Positions 63,040-64,000 of a stretch of DNA of 64,000 bases are shown piece by piece. The stretch is from assembly GCA_963824385.1 (NCBI GenBank), contig CAWGPD010000002.1:160001-224000 (forward strand), read 5' to 3'. Source of the DNA: an uncultured Nitrososphaerota archaeon (GTDB lineage: Archaea; Thermoproteota; Nitrososphaeria; Nitrososphaerales; Nitrosopumilaceae). Below the pieces are notes generated by a model that saw only the letters and a list, made by a program, of their open reading frames with translations, did not search any database and had not been told where the DNA came from. The stretch's first letter is position 1. Each line of letters begins with the position of its first letter. A program made the translations under genes and the position numbers.

Positions 63040-63685
63040 TTTTGTAATAACTACACTCTTTTTTTATCTGACAGACTGGACACATTGGTGAAATTGGCTT
63101 GCATATATTCTGACCATACATGACAAAAGTATCGTTTATTCTAATCCAGTATTTTTTTGGGATCTTTTTCATTAATTCAACCTCTGTCTCCTCTGGAATT
63201 TTTGTTTTGACAAGTCCTAGTCTATTGGAAATCCTGTGAACATGTGTGTCAACAGGAATTGCAGGTTCATCAAATGCATACACCAGAACACAATTAGCAG
63301 TCTTTCTTCCTACTCCTGGAAGACTGATCAACTCCTCCATAGTCTTTGGAACTAGACCTGAATATTTTGAATCTATAATTGATGCAACTTCAATTATTCT
63401 TTTTGCCTTGACATGATAAAAACCAGTTCGCTTGATTATTTTTTCAACATCTGATAGTTTTGCTCTTGCAAGTGATCTAGCCGTCTTGTATTTTGAAAAT
63501 AATTCTCTTACTACAACTGATGTGCTTTCATCTCTTGTTCTTGCAGAAAGTATTGTTCCTATTAGAATACTTAGAGGACTACCATTTTCAGCCTCACGCA
63601 GTTCTCTTAGTGCAGTCATCCTAGGTGGTTTAACATGATTCATTGTTGTAATCATTCCATCTAGAATTATTCTAATCTTATCCAA
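63032..63685 (-). CDS. nth: Endonuclease III (HhH-GPD, 4Fe-4S)
   Basis: ILSARTRD, LPGVGRKTAN, VDTHVHR, C.PISP.C..C....C. Confidence 0.95.
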   Translation of the reverse strand: MDKIRIILDGMITTMNHVKPPRMTALRELREAENGSPLSILIGTILSARTRDESTSVVVRELFSKYKTARSLARAKLSDVEKIIKRTGFYHVKAKRIIEVASIIDSKYSGLVPKTMEELISLPGVGRKTANCVLVYAFDEPAIPVDTHVHRISNRLGLVKTKIPEETEVELMKKIPKKYWIRINDTFVMYGQNICKPISPMCPVCQIKKECSYYKTR

Positions 63686-63736
63686 TTGATTTTATAATAA
63701 ACCACACAAGTATTATATCTGTTATAACAAAGTGGT

Positions 63737-64000
63737 ATGTTGGAATTAACAAAGGAAGAAGAATCTGCTTTAGACGGAAAGCAAGGTGAAACTCTTGCTC
63801 TTGCATACAGAACACTTGTGGCAATTGGAGAGGCATCAGGTTCTGATAGACTAATTCCAATAGAATGGGCACATCTATCTGGTGTCAATTATAATACAAT
63901 AGGGGATGCAGGAAGAGACTTTCTTTCACATCTAAGTCAGGACGCTAAATTCAAGGTAAAGACAACGGTCAATCCAATGGGTTTTGATTTTGATTCCGTT
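63737..64000 (+). CDS. Aconitase X large subunit / phosphomevalonate dehydratase large subunit (5' part)
   Basis: MLELTKEEESALDGKQGE...LIPIEWAHLSGVNYNTIGDAG...TTVNPMGFD. Confidence 0.85.
   Translation, partial: MLELTKEEESALDGKQGETLALAYRTLVAIGEASGSDRLIPIEWAHLSGVNYNTIGDAGRDFLSHLSQDAKFKVKTTVNPMGFDFDSV

Overview
Chromosomal segment of an ammonia-oxidising archaeon (Nitrososphaerota/Thaumarchaeota; gene content such as PolD, GINS, CdvB, PEFG-CTERM and 'PSW.KN.A.WW' surface proteins suggests a Nitrosopumilales/Nitrosotalea-like lineage, which is inference). It starts at the replication origin: cdc6, four ORB boxes and a cluster of four small DNA-binding proteins associated with two clustered motif arrays (TGTTAACA, TATCACA). 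It continues through core genes (GGGP synthase, PolD DP2, glyA, thermosome, glnA, GINS, tRNA-Pro, cca, rnz, prs, tfb, cdvB, queE/folE/queC, thrB, cysH/sat, nth, AcnX) and includes a ~6 kb block of cell-surface genes (23.4-29.8 kb). That block ends in a secreted protein made of twelve 11-aa repeats. About 20 single-base indels, several in essential genes, indicate an unpolished sequence rather than pseudogenisation. The most interesting signals are (i) an origin-linked set of winged-helix proteins, one membrane-anchored, each next to a motif array (possible origin-tethering/segregation or initiation-control system), (ii) the secreted multi-repeat peptide protein, and (iii) several GC-rich, multi-branched structured intergenic RNA candidates, two sharing one architecture and one carrying a K-turn plus an rRNA-antisense segment. 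All family calls come from motif recognition; no database searches were run.
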